Source: Thermodesulfobacteriota bacterium (lineage in GTDB: Bacteria > Desulfobacterota > Binatia > Bin18). From it: a DNA stretch of 64,000 bases. Under the pieces are notes generated by a model, which was given only the letters and a program-made list of their open reading frames with translations, had not been told where the DNA came from and searched no databases. The DNA lies in assembly GCA_964291405.2 (NCBI GenBank), contig OZ219926.1, forward strand, positions 3,872,001 to 3,936,000, written 5' to 3'. Below, piece by piece: positions 41,645 through 52,246 of this stretch. The first letter of the stretch is position 1; each line of letters starts with the position of its first letter. The position numbers and the translations under genes were made by a program.

Positions 41645-43095
41645 GCAGCTTCTTCCTCTACCAGTGCCCGCGCCTGTGATTCCACCACCGTTCCCTTAAA
41701 GAAGTCCGGGTTGACGGCGCTCCAGAAGCGGACGGGATTTCCGAACACAAAATCCTTGAAATTCTCGTCCGTCATCACCCCGTCTTCGACGTTTTCATAC
41801 GCCTCGGGCAACACCCCAGCCATGTCCGGCACATCGAAGTGGCCGATGTCCGAGCCAAACAGTGCGTTGATCTTGGCCCCATACGGATTGACTTTGGTGT
41901 TGAAGGCCCAGGCGTTCATCGGGTCGTCGGCCTCGCAGCCGAAGTAGAAATTCGGCACAAACAGGTCGCGGATGTCTTCGGCCCGCTCGATCCCGCAGGG
42001 CGCAAAATCGTCCAGTTTTTCCGGCTCCTTGGTGAGCAGGCCGAGATGGGCCTGCGTCGCCTTCTGCCCCAGCTTTTCCACCGCCGCGGGCGAAGCATAT
42101 TTCTGAAACAAGTCAACCAGCATTTCCTGGTTCAGATTGGCGGGATTCACATTATCCAGCGCTTTGGGGTTGCGGATTTTCCAGTGCCCGATGAGGTCGC
42201 TATACAGGCCGCAGGCCCAACCCACACCGCCCTCTAAAAAGGCAAAGCGCAGTTCCGGGAAACGCCGCGTCACGCCGTTCATGAAGATGGATTTGCAGAC
42301 CGCCTCTCCGGCCTGGGCAAAATGGCCGATGTGGTTGTACACAAAATTGGAAATCGAGGCCCGCATGCCAATGCCTGACGAGGCCGAGTGAAAGCTGGGC
42401 GGGATGCCCACTTCGAGGCATTTCGCCCAGACCGGGTCATAATCATGCGCGCTATCTATGCCCAGGGTGTCGTGCCAGATTGCATAACGGCCAGCCTCGG
42501 GCGCCTTGCGTGCCACCGCCGGAACCTGACGCCGGATGAGGCTTGACAGCATGGCCACCTTAAAGCCCTTGCTCTTGATGAAATCCAGCTCTTCAAGCGC
42601 CTCCTCCGGGGTAAACATGGGCACCACCGCGGCAGGAGTCAGGCGATCTTCCAGGCCGGCGAACTGATCGGCTGTATACATATTAAACGCACGACAGGCC
42701 GCCCGCCGCACTTCATTATCGCGCAGAAACGGCGCGAACAGCGCGCCTCCGGTCGGGTAGATCACCCCAAAGTCGATGCCAAGCTCATCCAGCCGCTCAT
42801 ATAGCAGCTTGGGCAGCATCGCGGTCGCACGGTCACGCGTATTCTTGGTCGGCACTCCCCACCAGGCCGGCTGGAGCATCCGTCGATCACGGCGTTCCTC
42901 TTCCGAGAGTCCCGCCCATTTCTTATTGCCGAACTGGTTGGCAACCTTGCCATAGCGCTCGGCCACACGTTCTCCCGCGACCTCGTGTAAATAGTCCATA
43001 GCCGCAGGCTCAAACTCGATCCAGTGACCGTCCGAGTCAATGACCGGATGGCTCAGTTGTGAATGAATATGCTCGGCTTTCTGGTGTGACGACAT
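41641..43095 (-). CDS. Amidohydrolase family protein
   Basis: IDSDGH, FLEGGVGW, FGCEADD, FGSDIGHFD. Confidence 0.87.
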   Translation of the reverse strand: MSSHQKAEHIHSQLSHPVIDSDGHWIEFEPAAMDYLHEVAGERVAERYGKVANQFGNKKWAGLSEEERRDRRMLQPAWWGVPTKNTRDRATAMLPKLLYERLDELGIDFGVIYPTGGALFAPFLRDNEVRRAACRAFNMYTADQFAGLEDRLTPAAVVPMFTPEEALEELDFIKSKGFKVAMLSSLIRRQVPAVARKAPEAGRYAIWHDTLGIDSAHDYDPVWAKCLEVGIPPSFHSASSGIGMRASISNFVYNHIGHFAQAGEAVCKSIFMNGVTRRFPELRFAFLEGGVGWACGLYSDLIGHWKIRNPKALDNVNPANLNQEMLVDLFQKYASPAAVEKLGQKATQAHLGLLTKEPEKLDDFAPCGIERAEDIRDLFVPNFYFGCEADDPMNAWAFNTKVNPYGAKINALFGSDIGHFDVPDMAGVLPEAYENVEDGVMTDENFKDFVFGNPVRFWSAVNPDFFKGTVVESQARALVEEEAA

Positions 43096-43428
43096 GGGCT
43101 CCCTCCTTGGCGCAGCGGAAAATGCAATATGATCGAATTGTTCTGGGGTGTGTTGTAGCAGGATCGGGGGGAGGGGAAAATATCTCTTCCCATTCTGTGT
43201 CTCTACCCGCCATTGACATTCACTCTCCTATTAGGCAGCGTTCGCCCATTTACTGCCAGCAATGTACTCGTTGAGTCGGGTTGCCTGCTGAATATAAGAA
43301 CCACCATACTGCTTGGGAGTCATGACCCGCGCCGTGGTGAATATGCAGGACTCACTCCATTCACTGTTGTGCCGTAGATACGGCCCGGCAGTCCTGCTGG
43401 AACTTGAGAGGTGTAAGGAGGAAACGGA

Positions 43429-43722
43429 ATGTATCGTCTCGGCTTGTGTCTCTGTGTACTTGTCCTGTGGGTGGCTCCTGCCGCTGCTTGTATGTTCGAT
43501 ACGGATTGTAAGCCTGGCTCAAAATGTGTGAAAGCCAGTGGCTCGCTGTACGGGTATTGCGTGGGCGGTTTATTCCCCGGAAACGACAATGATCGCCAAC
43601 CCGCAAGAAACCCGCTCGATTTCACTGGAAAGCAGGGAAACACATGTCAGTTTGACACGGATTGCGGCCCCGGTAACCAGTGTGTCAAAGGCGCGGGGAG
43701 CATTTATGGAACGTGCTTGTAG
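43429..43722 (+). CDS. Small secreted Cys-rich protein with two C-x5-C-x5-C-x10-C repeats
   Basis: Signal peptide ending APAAA; CMFDTDCKPGSKCVKASGSLYGYC and CQFDTDCGPGNQCVKGAGSIYGTC; RBS AAGGAGG. Confidence 0.8.
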   Translation: MYRLGLCLCVLVLWVAPAAACMFDTDCKPGSKCVKASGSLYGYCVGGLFPGNDNDRQPARNPLDFTGKQGNTCQFDTDCGPGNQCVKGAGSIYGTCL

Positions 43723-43747
43723 ACACACTAAAATGAAGGGGAGGACT

Positions 43748-44143
43748 ATGATCGATTGAAAAGGAATACTGCTCCTGGGATGTCTGTTGTTCCAAGCGTG
43801 CTCGGTAGGCATGGCGATGTCAGGCCGGCCCGACCCCAACACCGGGGCGCTCCACGTTGGGTAGGCACGGGATGAAGTGCTGTTGCATCTCGGGCAGCCC
43901 ACGAAAACGTTGGCTATTGCCACAGGCCGGACGGATGAGTTCCATTTGCAACGCGGGAATCAGGCGTCAACAGGGCGGACTATGGGTCATGCAGTGATGG
44001 ATGTCCTGACGCTTGGAGCGTGGAAGATTATAGGAACGCCAGTTGAGGGATTCATGGGTGAAACATTTACGCTATCCATCTCGTATGATGAAGCGGAGAA
44101 GGTGACGAAAATTACGAGTACGCCAGGAACACAAGAGTTCTAA
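43748..44143 (+). pseudogene. Lipoprotein gene with two in-frame stops
   Basis: RBS GGAGGA; MID*KGILLLGCLLFQACSVG (lipobox-like)...HVG*ARDEV; TGA at 43757 and TAG at 43862. Confidence 0.7.
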
Positions 44144-44345
44144 ATTCTGCTCTTCATCAAACGAAAGCGGGAGGGGTTCGTTCTTCTTGGGAAAGGCATA
44201 ATGCAAATTTCGCTGAAAAGCGCCCCAATTCGGGGCCGCACGCATCAAAGCCGTGACGGTTGCTAGGCGCTCTTTCAGCCTTGGATGCCTAAGCCCAGGA
44301 GTGAACAACTGGTGATACTTGTTTTTCCGGCTTCCGTGGGTCTGA
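44140..44345 (-). pseudogene. 3' remnant of a P63C-domain-like phage protein
   Basis: GSRKNKYHQLFT....HPRLKERL..VTALMRAA.NW..F...L..AFPK. Confidence 0.6.
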
Positions 44346-44374
44346 GATGAGAAATATGTTGCCTGATGGGAGGG

Positions 44375-45133
44375 CTAATCTCTACCCAGCATAACAAGTT
44401 TTGAGCCGTTCGGTAGAAGCGCTACGATGCCCCCCTCTCTTTTGATTCTTAAGTCTTTGAGCTTTTCTTCCTGCTCTCTAAGGTGTTTCTGATTCCCTCT
44501 ACAGAGTGTTTTGATCGTTTTCTCGTAAATACGATCCAGCAAGCTGATTACAGCTTTAAGATGCTGATCAAGGTTCTCTTGAAGATCCACCCCCTCAACC
44601 TTCTTGGTTGTCTGATTGAAAAACTGAAATCTGAAACCCGAAAGCGATACTTCTGCTGGGGCGTATGACTCGGTCTGATTTGGTTTCCTGTCCTTGGAAA
44701 AATTAATACTGTGTGCACCAAATTTGTTCCGAATCTCTCGAATCCTAAGCGAGCGAATTTGGGCTTCTATTTTCTGAAGATCGGGAGTATTTGTCAGCTT
44801 ATAGAGTTTCAGTAGAGCTTCCTGCTGCATGTAAGTGGCGTTTAGAACTCCGTAGAGTCGGAGATATTTTTCTCCTATATCGTAGTATCTCGTCGGGCCA
44901 TCGAGACCAAAACAGAGGAAATTTTTAAGCGCGGCACTTGTGTCGCCGATGATGTCCATTGCGCTACAAAGAAAATTCCAATCATCGTCTTTGTTCAGTC
45001 TCAGCGTTTCTTTGATACTCTCTTTGCTGGGAAGAACTTTCTCGTTGATCAAACCGCGAAAGGCGTGACTGTACTCATCTAGAACTTTAACATCATCTAG
45101 GTTTTCTTGAGAGTTGAGATTGTTGTGAAGCAT
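44375..45133 (-). CDS. Low-GC helical protein with a HEPN-like RNxxxxH motif
   Basis: YLRLYGVL....QQ, IREIRNKFGAH; AT-rich relative to flanks. Confidence 0.6.
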   Translation of the reverse strand: MLHNNLNSQENLDDVKVLDEYSHAFRGLINEKVLPSKESIKETLRLNKDDDWNFLCSAMDIIGDTSAALKNFLCFGLDGPTRYYDIGEKYLRLYGVLNATYMQQEALLKLYKLTNTPDLQKIEAQIRSLRIREIRNKFGAHSINFSKDRKPNQTESYAPAEVSLSGFRFQFFNQTTKKVEGVDLQENLDQHLKAVISLLDRIYEKTIKTLCRGNQKHLREQEEKLKDLRIKREGGIVALLPNGSKLVMLGRD

Positions 45134-45400
45134 TGATTCTTTACATACCCGATTTTTAGACGTGGGTGTACAGCTTCCCGAAACACTCTGTCGCCACGAA
45201 GCGCCCAGACTTGTTGTGTTTACTGGTAGCTTCCACACTGGAACATCCGTCTACTGGCTGCGCAGAGACCCCACCAAACCACAATTCCTCCATGTTCCAA
45301 AAATTTCCGGCCTTCGTGGCAATCTCTTTACCTTTGTTTTCTGCTTGCATACTATGGTTCGCATTAAATGTGTTCTCATTGAGAAAAGAGATGGCGGAGC

Positions 45401-45746
45401 GTGAGGCGGACAGTACAACCCAAAGAGGTTCTGATCTATGCTGATGAAGCAGGTCACGAACCGTTTACGGCTTGGCTGAATCAGCTACGTGACCGCGCCG
45501 GTCGCCAGCATATTCTGGCTCGATTGCGTCGCTTAGAACAGGGTAACTTTGGTGACTGTAAAGCTCTCGGTGAGGGGGGTGTATGAACTCCGCGTATTCT
45601 TTGGTCCTGGCTACCGAGTGTATTTCGGGGAAGATAGTAATACTATTGTAGTGCTTCTCACCGGAGGCGATAAACGCAGCCAAGCCAGAGATGTCGCAAA
45701 CGCGAAAAAGTGTTGGAAAGAATATCAGAGCCATGCGAAAGCTTAG
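45401..45746 (+). pseudogene. RelE/ParE-type addiction-module toxin (HI1419-like), frameshifted in a G run
   Basis: PF..WL..LRD, RL.RLEQGNFGDCK in frame 1; VYELRVFFGPGYRVYF, LLTGGDK in frame 2; G6 at 45574-45579. Confidence 0.85.
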
Positions 45747-46053
45747 AACTCTAGACGCGGTAGAAGCAGACTACCTCCGAGACCATCCTGAGGAGATGGA
45801 AGAGTATATGTCTGTCATCTTTGACGAGTACGCTCGTGATGGGAACACCGGCGCGTTGCTAGCGTCGTTGCGAACTATGAGCAAGGTCAAAGGTATCACA
45901 ATGACTGCACGGGAAGCCGGCCTGTCCCGAAAGGGATTACAAAAGGCACTCTCAGAAAAGGGGAATCCGAAGTTTGAAAGCATCAACGCCATTATGCACG
46001 CCCTCGGTTACAGGCTCAGTCCGCGGAAGCTCGATATGACAGCAGCAAAATAG
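45733..46053 (+). CDS. Addiction-module antidote HTH protein (HI1420-like)
   Basis: AREAGLSR.GL.KALS..GNP.F..I..IM.ALG. Confidence 0.85.
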   Translation: MRKLRTLDAVEADYLRDHPEEMEEYMSVIFDEYARDGNTGALLASLRTMSKVKGITMTAREAGLSRKGLQKALSEKGNPKFESINAIMHALGYRLSPRKLDMTAAK

Positions 46054-46144
46054 CGCGATGAAGCGTCGCCGGTGACACCCTCTCAAGAGAGCTCTCTGCT
46101 TTAACAACAAAATCGCGGTACTCACTGGCGCAGGAAACGACCCT

Positions 46145-47368
46145 TCAAGAGAGTAACAGTCCGAGAGGAATCACGAACAGCCCCTTCTCCAGCGCAAATG
46201 CCTCAGTGCCATTATAGGCAAGAATGCCGACGGGGGCGCCTGGCGTTTTTGCTTGAAAGGCTCGCAGGCCAGCCAAATCGTTTTTTCCAAACCGGCTGGC
46301 GGCTTTGACCTCAACGGCAACGCAGCGGCGTTTGTGAGAAATGATAAAATCGACTTCGTGGCGCCCCTGTATGCCCCAGAAGCTTAACTCTGCATCTGGA
46401 AGATGGGCGCCGAGGATGCCACATAGATTCTGGTAGACATAGGTTTCATACACGGCTCCCCGTAAGGGTTCGTCGGCTGCGACACTAAGGTCTGAGGTTG
46501 CGGTTAAATGACAGGCCAGGCCTGAATCCGTGAGAAATATCTTTGGTGATTTCAACAAACGAGTTGCGCGACTGCGTATATACGGCAGAAGACGGCCAAG
46601 GATAAAAGACGTTTCCAGCAGGCCCAGATACCGCACCGTTGTACTGACCGGGAGCTTTGCATCGCGGGCAATTTCGCTCTGATTCAGAATCTGACCGGTT
46701 CGAGCTGCTGTCAGGCGTAGGAGCGTTCGAAACGTCACGAGGTCGGCAACCTGAGCCAAGTCCCGCACGTCGCGCTCAAGATAGGTTTGCTCATAGCCCA
46801 GCAGCCACAGGTCTCGATCAATATTTTCGCCAACGACGACGGACGGCATACCGCCATACAGGACTTCTCTGTCCGTTAGAACCGACAGCGACGGAGCAGG
46901 AGGAAGTTGCAGCTCTTTCAAGAAAGCGACAAGGAACGGCGCCTGCGTCGCGCCACGTCGTTCGCGCCGGGTGAAAGGCTGCAAGGGAAGCGAAATCGCC
47001 CGCCCGGCAAGGGACTCGCCCACCCCTTTGAGTAAAGAGAGATTGGCGGAACCGCTTAATACAAACCGGCCAGGCGTGCGCTGCTGATCGACCGCACGCT
47101 TGATGGCAACCAGCAGTTGCGGACACCGCTGCACCTCGTCAATTGTAACGGGCTCTTGCCCGCGAATGAGACTCTCAGGATCAAGCCGAGCCGCCTCCAG
47201 GGCGGCAAAATCATCCAGAGTGACATACCGCCGTCCCTCAAAGGCGATATCCTCCTGAAGAAAGGTCGTCTTCCCCGCCTGCCGCAATCCTGTGATAACG
47301 ACAACGGGGAATGTTTTGAGTGCCCGCCGGACGAGGGAAGATAGTTCTCGCTGATAGTATGTTGTCAT
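46145..47368 (-). CDS. AAA_14 ATPase with DUF4143 and C-terminal nuclease-like domain
   Basis: ITGLRQAGKTT, IDEVQ, LSGS, ESLAGR, YGGMP, TYLERD, EVDF...AVEVK. Confidence 0.88.
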   Translation of the reverse strand: MTTYYQRELSSLVRRALKTFPVVVITGLRQAGKTTFLQEDIAFEGRRYVTLDDFAALEAARLDPESLIRGQEPVTIDEVQRCPQLLVAIKRAVDQQRTPGRFVLSGSANLSLLKGVGESLAGRAISLPLQPFTRRERRGATQAPFLVAFLKELQLPPAPSLSVLTDREVLYGGMPSVVVGENIDRDLWLLGYEQTYLERDVRDLAQVADLVTFRTLLRLTAARTGQILNQSEIARDAKLPVSTTVRYLGLLETSFILGRLLPYIRSRATRLLKSPKIFLTDSGLACHLTATSDLSVAADEPLRGAVYETYVYQNLCGILGAHLPDAELSFWGIQGRHEVDFIISHKRRCVAVEVKAASRFGKNDLAGLRAFQAKTPGAPVGILAYNGTEAFALEKGLFVIPLGLLLS

Positions 47369-47652
47369 AATTAACTATATGATAGTGGTAAAATGACATG
47401 AGTGGAAGGTAGAAATACTCTTTTTCCTTAGTGCAGGTCTACCTGTATCGTTTCCACAGTGCGTCCTGGAGGCCTAATTCCTCCACCTTCCTTATCTATA
47501 GAACGGCTCGATTTGTTGCGTTTGGTAGAAGCTTCTCTTATGCATTGTATTGTATCTGAGAGGGATTTTCCGCATGGGACGAGTGACACTTCGTGGTCAG
47601 ACCTACGTTCCGCACTCGTCATCGCTTTCGGCCTAGGACAAGGAAATACCGT

Positions 47653-48567
47653 ATGAACGACATCCGTTTTGACAACAAAGTCGCCGTCATTACCGGCGCG
47701 GGTAATGGTCTGGGGAAAAGCCACGCCCTCTTCCTCGCTTCGCGTGGGGCGAGGGTGGTGGTGAATGATCTTGGGGGAACGGTTGCGGGCACCGGGGGCT
47801 CGCGGGCGGTGGCTGATACGGTTGTGGAGGAGATTACAGCCGCGGGTGGGGAGGCGGTGGCGAACTACGATACGGTTGCTACCGAAGAAGGTGGGAAGCG
47901 TGTCATCCAAACGGCGCTGGATACCTTTGGTACGGTGGACATCCTGATTAACAACGCGGGAAACGTGCGGGATAAAAGCTTTGCCAAAATGAACCTGGAC
48001 GATTTTCGGTCTCTGATTGATGTGCATCTCATGGGGGCGGTCTATTGTACCCACGCGGCCTGGCCCATTATGCGAGAAAAGGGTTTTGGCCGTGTGGTGA
48101 TGACCACGTCATCCGCCGGCCTATACGGCAATCATGGTCATACCAACTATGGGACGGCGAAAATGGCGCTGATTGGGCTCATGAACTCTCTCAAGGAAGA
48201 GGGCCGACGCTATAATATCACCGTCAACGCGATTGCCCCTATTGCGCTGACGCGTATGTCCGAACCGGCCACCACCCCGCAATACGCCCCGTTGATGAAA
48301 CCCGAGTTTGTCACTGCCGCGGTCGCCTGGCTGTGTGCGCCTGACAACACGGACTCCGGACATATTATCCAGGCCGGGGTAGGCTATTACGCTAAGATAG
48401 AAGTCCGGGAAGCGACCGGGGTGCTGTTTGACTCCGAGACGATTCCACAGCCGGAACAGATTCGTGATCGGTATCCGGAGATTGCGGACATGGGCGGGGC
48501 TGTACCGTATGAGAATGCCTCAGCTGTGATTCGTAAAGTTTTCAAGATGGTCAAGCCGAAGGGGTAG
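47653..48567 (+). CDS. Short-chain dehydrogenase (MFE-2/HSD17B4-like)
   Basis: TGAGNGLG, VVVNDLG, NNAG, YGTAK. Confidence 0.9.
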   Translation: MNDIRFDNKVAVITGAGNGLGKSHALFLASRGARVVVNDLGGTVAGTGGSRAVADTVVEEITAAGGEAVANYDTVATEEGGKRVIQTALDTFGTVDILINNAGNVRDKSFAKMNLDDFRSLIDVHLMGAVYCTHAAWPIMREKGFGRVVMTTSSAGLYGNHGHTNYGTAKMALIGLMNSLKEEGRRYNITVNAIAPIALTRMSEPATTPQYAPLMKPEFVTAAVAWLCAPDNTDSGHIIQAGVGYYAKIEVREATGVLFDSETIPQPEQIRDRYPEIADMGGAVPYENASAVIRKVFKMVKPKG

Positions 48568-48582
48568 GGGGAATCGTTCGTC

Positions 48583-49512
48583 CTAGAAGTCCTCAACCAA
48601 GACCGTACTTAAATACCGCTCAGCCGAGCTGGCCAGAATAACAACTAGCATCTTCCCGGCATTTTCGGGACGGGCAGCGACCTGGAGTGCGGCCCAGACT
48701 GTGGCGCCGCTGCTGATGCCGGCAGGAATGCCCTCGTGCCTGGCAAGTCGGCGCGCCGTGGCGAGCGCGTCTTCATCACGAACGGTGATAATTTCATCGA
48801 TAATACCGGTATTCAGAATAGCCGGGACGAACCCCGCGCCGATCCCTTGAATCTGGGTAGGTCCGGGCTGGCTGCCCGAGAGTACTGCTGAACTGGCTGG
48901 CTCGACGGCGATAGCCTGGAAACTCGGTTTGAGAGGCTTAATCACCTCGGACACCCCAGTGATGGTCCCGCCCGTTCCTACACCGCTGATAAAGATATCG
49001 ACCTGGCCGTCGGTGTCCTCCCAGATCTCGTGGGCCGTGGTCTGGCGATGGATGTCCGGGTTGGCCGGATTCTCAAACTGCTGTGGAATAAAGGCGTGAG
49101 GGATGCTTGCGGCGAGTTCCTCGGCTTTGCGAATCGCACCGGGCATCCCTTCGCGGGCAGGGGTGAGGACTAATTCCGCTCCAAGGAAACGTAACAGATT
49201 GCGCCGCTCTATGCTCATGGAGTCAGGCATGGTCAGGATGATCCGATAGCCCCGGGCTGCGGCAACAAAGGCGAGAGCGATGCCGGTATTGCCACTGGTC
49301 GGTTCAATGATGACACTCTCTGCATTGAGCTTGCCGGCCTGTTCCGCGGCCGCAATCATATTGGAGCCAATCCGATCTTTCACGCTGCCCAGGGGATTGA
49401 AGAACTCCAGCTTGGCATACACCTCCGCTTCCATACCCTGGGTGAGGCGATTGAGCCGCACTAAGGGCGTATGACCAATGGTTGCGGTGATGTCGTGAAA
49501 CAAACGAGCCAT
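48583..49512 (-). CDS. cysK: Cysteine synthase A
   Basis: [39 protein letters not shown]. Confidence 0.95.
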   Translation of the reverse strand: MARLFHDITATIGHTPLVRLNRLTQGMEAEVYAKLEFFNPLGSVKDRIGSNMIAAAEQAGKLNAESVIIEPTSGNTGIALAFVAAARGYRIILTMPDSMSIERRNLLRFLGAELVLTPAREGMPGAIRKAEELAASIPHAFIPQQFENPANPDIHRQTTAHEIWEDTDGQVDIFISGVGTGGTITGVSEVIKPLKPSFQAIAVEPASSAVLSGSQPGPTQIQGIGAGFVPAILNTGIIDEIITVRDEDALATARRLARHEGIPAGISSGATVWAALQVAARPENAGKMLVVILASSAERYLSTVLVEDF

Positions 49513-49590
49513 CCTGATTGCCGTGGCTGACTTGCTGCTCGGTGCCGACGAAGAGGGCTAGTCAGCAAGGCCGGATGCCCGTCCTCTGCT

Positions 49591-49983
49591 TCACTTCTTG
49601 AGCTGAAGCGAGAGGGAGTTCATGCAGTAGCGCTGTCCGGTTGGTGGTGGCCCATCGTCAAAGACATGGCCGAGGTGGGCGTCGCAGGTGTTGCACAGCA
49701 CTTCGATTCGGATCATGCCGTGGCTATGGTCCGATTCCAGGCGCACGCTGCCCGGCTGCACTGGTTCCCAGAAGCTGGGCCAACCACTGCCCGACTCGTA
49801 TTTGGTGGATGAGTTAAACAGGTCGGTGCCGCAACACACGCACTGATAAATACCCTCATCCTTGCAATTGTTGTATTCGCCCGAGAACGGCCGCTCGGTC
49901 GCTTTCATCCGACAGACGGCAAACTGCTCGGGAGTGAGCTGTGCGCGCCATTCCTCTTCGGTCTTCTCGACTTTATCGCCCAT
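49591..49983 (-). CDS. msrB: Methionine-R-sulfoxide reductase
   Basis: [32 protein letters not shown]. Confidence 0.96.
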   Translation of the reverse strand: MGDKVEKTEEEWRAQLTPEQFAVCRMKATERPFSGEYNNCKDEGIYQCVCCGTDLFNSSTKYESGSGWPSFWEPVQPGSVRLESDHSHGMIRIEVLCNTCDAHLGHVFDDGPPPTGQRYCMNSLSLQLKK

Positions 49984-50083
49984 AGTGTACGCTCCCTCCT
50001 TGGTCTGTACTCTTTACTCCCGTCTGATAACTTCACCTATATACAGCGAGAAACACCCGTCGAAAAGAGTGCGGAGGAGCACC

Positions 50084-51007
50084 ATGAGTGGCGTAAAAAT
50101 CGGTATCGGCTTTGGACAGTGGAAGTATGGCTTACCCGACCCCGAACTCCTGTGCAGCAGCGCAGAATCGGCAGAGGCCGCCGGGCTTGATTCGTTATGG
50201 TTGTCCGATCATATCGTGACCGTCAACCCCACGCTGGACATCTCCTGTCTGTTCGCCATGATCGCCGGTCGTACCTCCCGCCTGAAAATGGGACCGAGCG
50301 TCTTTACCCTGCCGGCGCGCCATCCGGTCCAGGTGGCCAAGACCTATGCCACCCTCGACTATCTTTCAAACGGGCGGATGATCATGGCCGTCGGGAGCGG
50401 TAACGATCCGCGCGATTTAGTTGCGTGTGGGGTGCCACCCCAAGCCCGCGGCCGTCGCCTCGAAGAAGGGATCGAGATCCTGCGCAAGCTGTGGACCGAG
50501 TCGCACGTCACGCATCACGGGGAGTTCTACGATTTTGAGGATGTGACGATTGAGCCCAAACCAAAGCAGGGCGCGCTCGATATCTGGATTGGCGGCAGGA
50601 GTGACGCGATTCTCAAACGCGTCGTCCGTCTCGGGGACGGCTGGTTCCCTGCACTGACTTCACCCCCCGAGTTTCAGCGCGATATGGAAAAGCTCAGGGT
50701 GTATGGGGAAGAGTACGGACGGACGATTGATCCGCGCGAGGCTGGAGTGCTGCTCTTCACTCATGTGTGTGACGACCGAGCCGCTGCCATGAAAACGGTC
50801 GAGCCGTTCTTCCACGGCCTGCGGGTCGATCCGGAGGCCATCATGCGGCGTTCGCTGATCGGCTCGGCCCAGGAGTGTGTGGAGCAGCTCGAGCGCTTTG
50901 TCGAAGTCGGTTGCGATAAATTCGTGCTCCGGCCGATCTGCCCGCCAACTGACATCCCGTCCCAACTCGAACACTATGGACAAGACATCCTGCCCCATTT
51001 TGTGTAG
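50084..51007 (+). CDS. LLM-class (probably F420-dependent) oxidoreductase
   Basis: AE..G.DSLWLSDH, RHP...AK..ATLD.LSNGR, IWIGG, GDGW. Confidence 0.85.
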   Translation: MSGVKIGIGFGQWKYGLPDPELLCSSAESAEAAGLDSLWLSDHIVTVNPTLDISCLFAMIAGRTSRLKMGPSVFTLPARHPVQVAKTYATLDYLSNGRMIMAVGSGNDPRDLVACGVPPQARGRRLEEGIEILRKLWTESHVTHHGEFYDFEDVTIEPKPKQGALDIWIGGRSDAILKRVVRLGDGWFPALTSPPEFQRDMEKLRVYGEEYGRTIDPREAGVLLFTHVCDDRAAAMKTVEPFFHGLRVDPEAIMRRSLIGSAQECVEQLERFVEVGCDKFVLRPICPPTDIPSQLEHYGQDILPHFV

Positions 51008-51037
51008 CGGCCGCCGGAAGCACGGGATCGCAGGGTT

Positions 51038-52090
51038 ATGATTAAGGCCAAGGCTGAAGTCGAACAGCTTGAGCCCTATGTTGCCCCGCTTGAAGGGCGG
51101 CGGCCAATGCTGCGCCTCGACTTTAACGAAAACACGCTCGGCCCGAGCCCGAAAGTGGTTGAGGCCATTCGCCGCCTCCCGCCTAATGCCTATGCGACCT
51201 ATCCTGAATATGCTGGCCTGAATGAGGCTTATGCGGCGTCCATCAACGTCCCGGCCCAATACGTTGAAGCTTTTAACGGGGTGGACGCGGCCATTCACAC
51301 CATTTTTGATGTCTACGGCGAAAAGAGGAGCACCTTTCTGACAACCGCGCCGACCTTTGGCTATTACAAGCCGTGCGCGCTTCAGCACGGCATGCAGCAG
51401 GATGAGGTCCTGTATCCCGCTGACCTGAGCTTCCCGCTTGAGCCTATGCGTGAGCGGCTCACGCATACGCCTCGGCTATGTTTTATCTGTAATCCCAATA
51501 ATCCAACCGGCACGCTGCTCGAACCGCAGACCTTGCTGGAGTTGGCCCGCACCGCGCCCGACACCTTGGTTGTGGTAGACGAGTTATACGCGGATTTCAC
51601 AAAGAAGTCGGTCCTGCCGGCCGCCCTTGAGTTGGACAACGTCGTGGTGCTTCAGTCCCTGTCCAAATCTGCGGGCCTGGCCGCATTGCGCTTAGGCTTT
51701 GCCATTGGCCAGCCCGAGGTGGTGAGTCGGCTCAGCCGCGTCACTGGCCCCTATGATATTAACGCCTTTGCGGTGATTGCTGGAAGAGCCGCGCTTGCCG
51801 ACCGTGCCTATGTCGAACAGTACGTCCAGCAGGTCCACGCTGCCAGGGAGTGGGTGACGCAACAGCTCCGGCGTTTGGGCGTGCGATATTTTGGACAGGG
51901 CGGCAACTATCTGCTCGTCTGGCCGCCGCAAGAGTGCGAGGTGGTTGAAAGCGCACTGCGCGAGCAAGGCATCCTAGTCCGTAATATGCAGGGCAAGCCC
52001 GTGATTGACGGCAGCTTTCGGCTGAGTCTCGGTACGCTCGAACAGATGCAGCGGTTCATGCAGGCGTTTACCGAGATCGTCGAGTCGTAG
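51038..52090 (+). CDS. hisC: Histidinol-phosphate aminotransferase
   Basis: LDFNEN, CNPNNPTG, VDELY, SLSKSAGLAALRLG. Confidence 0.82.
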   Translation: MIKAKAEVEQLEPYVAPLEGRRPMLRLDFNENTLGPSPKVVEAIRRLPPNAYATYPEYAGLNEAYAASINVPAQYVEAFNGVDAAIHTIFDVYGEKRSTFLTTAPTFGYYKPCALQHGMQQDEVLYPADLSFPLEPMRERLTHTPRLCFICNPNNPTGTLLEPQTLLELARTAPDTLVVVDELYADFTKKSVLPAALELDNVVVLQSLSKSAGLAALRLGFAIGQPEVVSRLSRVTGPYDINAFAVIAGRAALADRAYVEQYVQQVHAAREWVTQQLRRLGVRYFGQGGNYLLVWPPQECEVVESALREQGILVRNMQGKPVIDGSFRLSLGTLEQMQRFMQAFTEIVES

Positions 52091-52246
52091 CACGGGGGAA
52101 ACGCCCTAAATACCCTCGCCGTTCTGATGGAAGCTCACGCCGGTATTCGCGCTCAAAGCGGCCGCTCTCCAGAGCGCAGTACATGCTGCACTCTTTGATC
52201 GCTCCATTTCAGCGAATCTGCGTCAGGTTTGACTGGTGAAGAGTGT

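Noticed and set aside
43270-43356. Possible structured ncRNA (tgagtc/gactca, cctgc/gcagg, accac/gtggt pairings)
   Set aside because: Stems are short and interrupted with no recognisable family motif; an Rfam/covariation search would be needed.
43757-43759. UGA as selenocysteine in the lipoprotein gene (also UGA at 11413)
   Set aside because: It lies in a signal peptide, has no redox motif, and a second stop follows; 11413 results from a frameshift.
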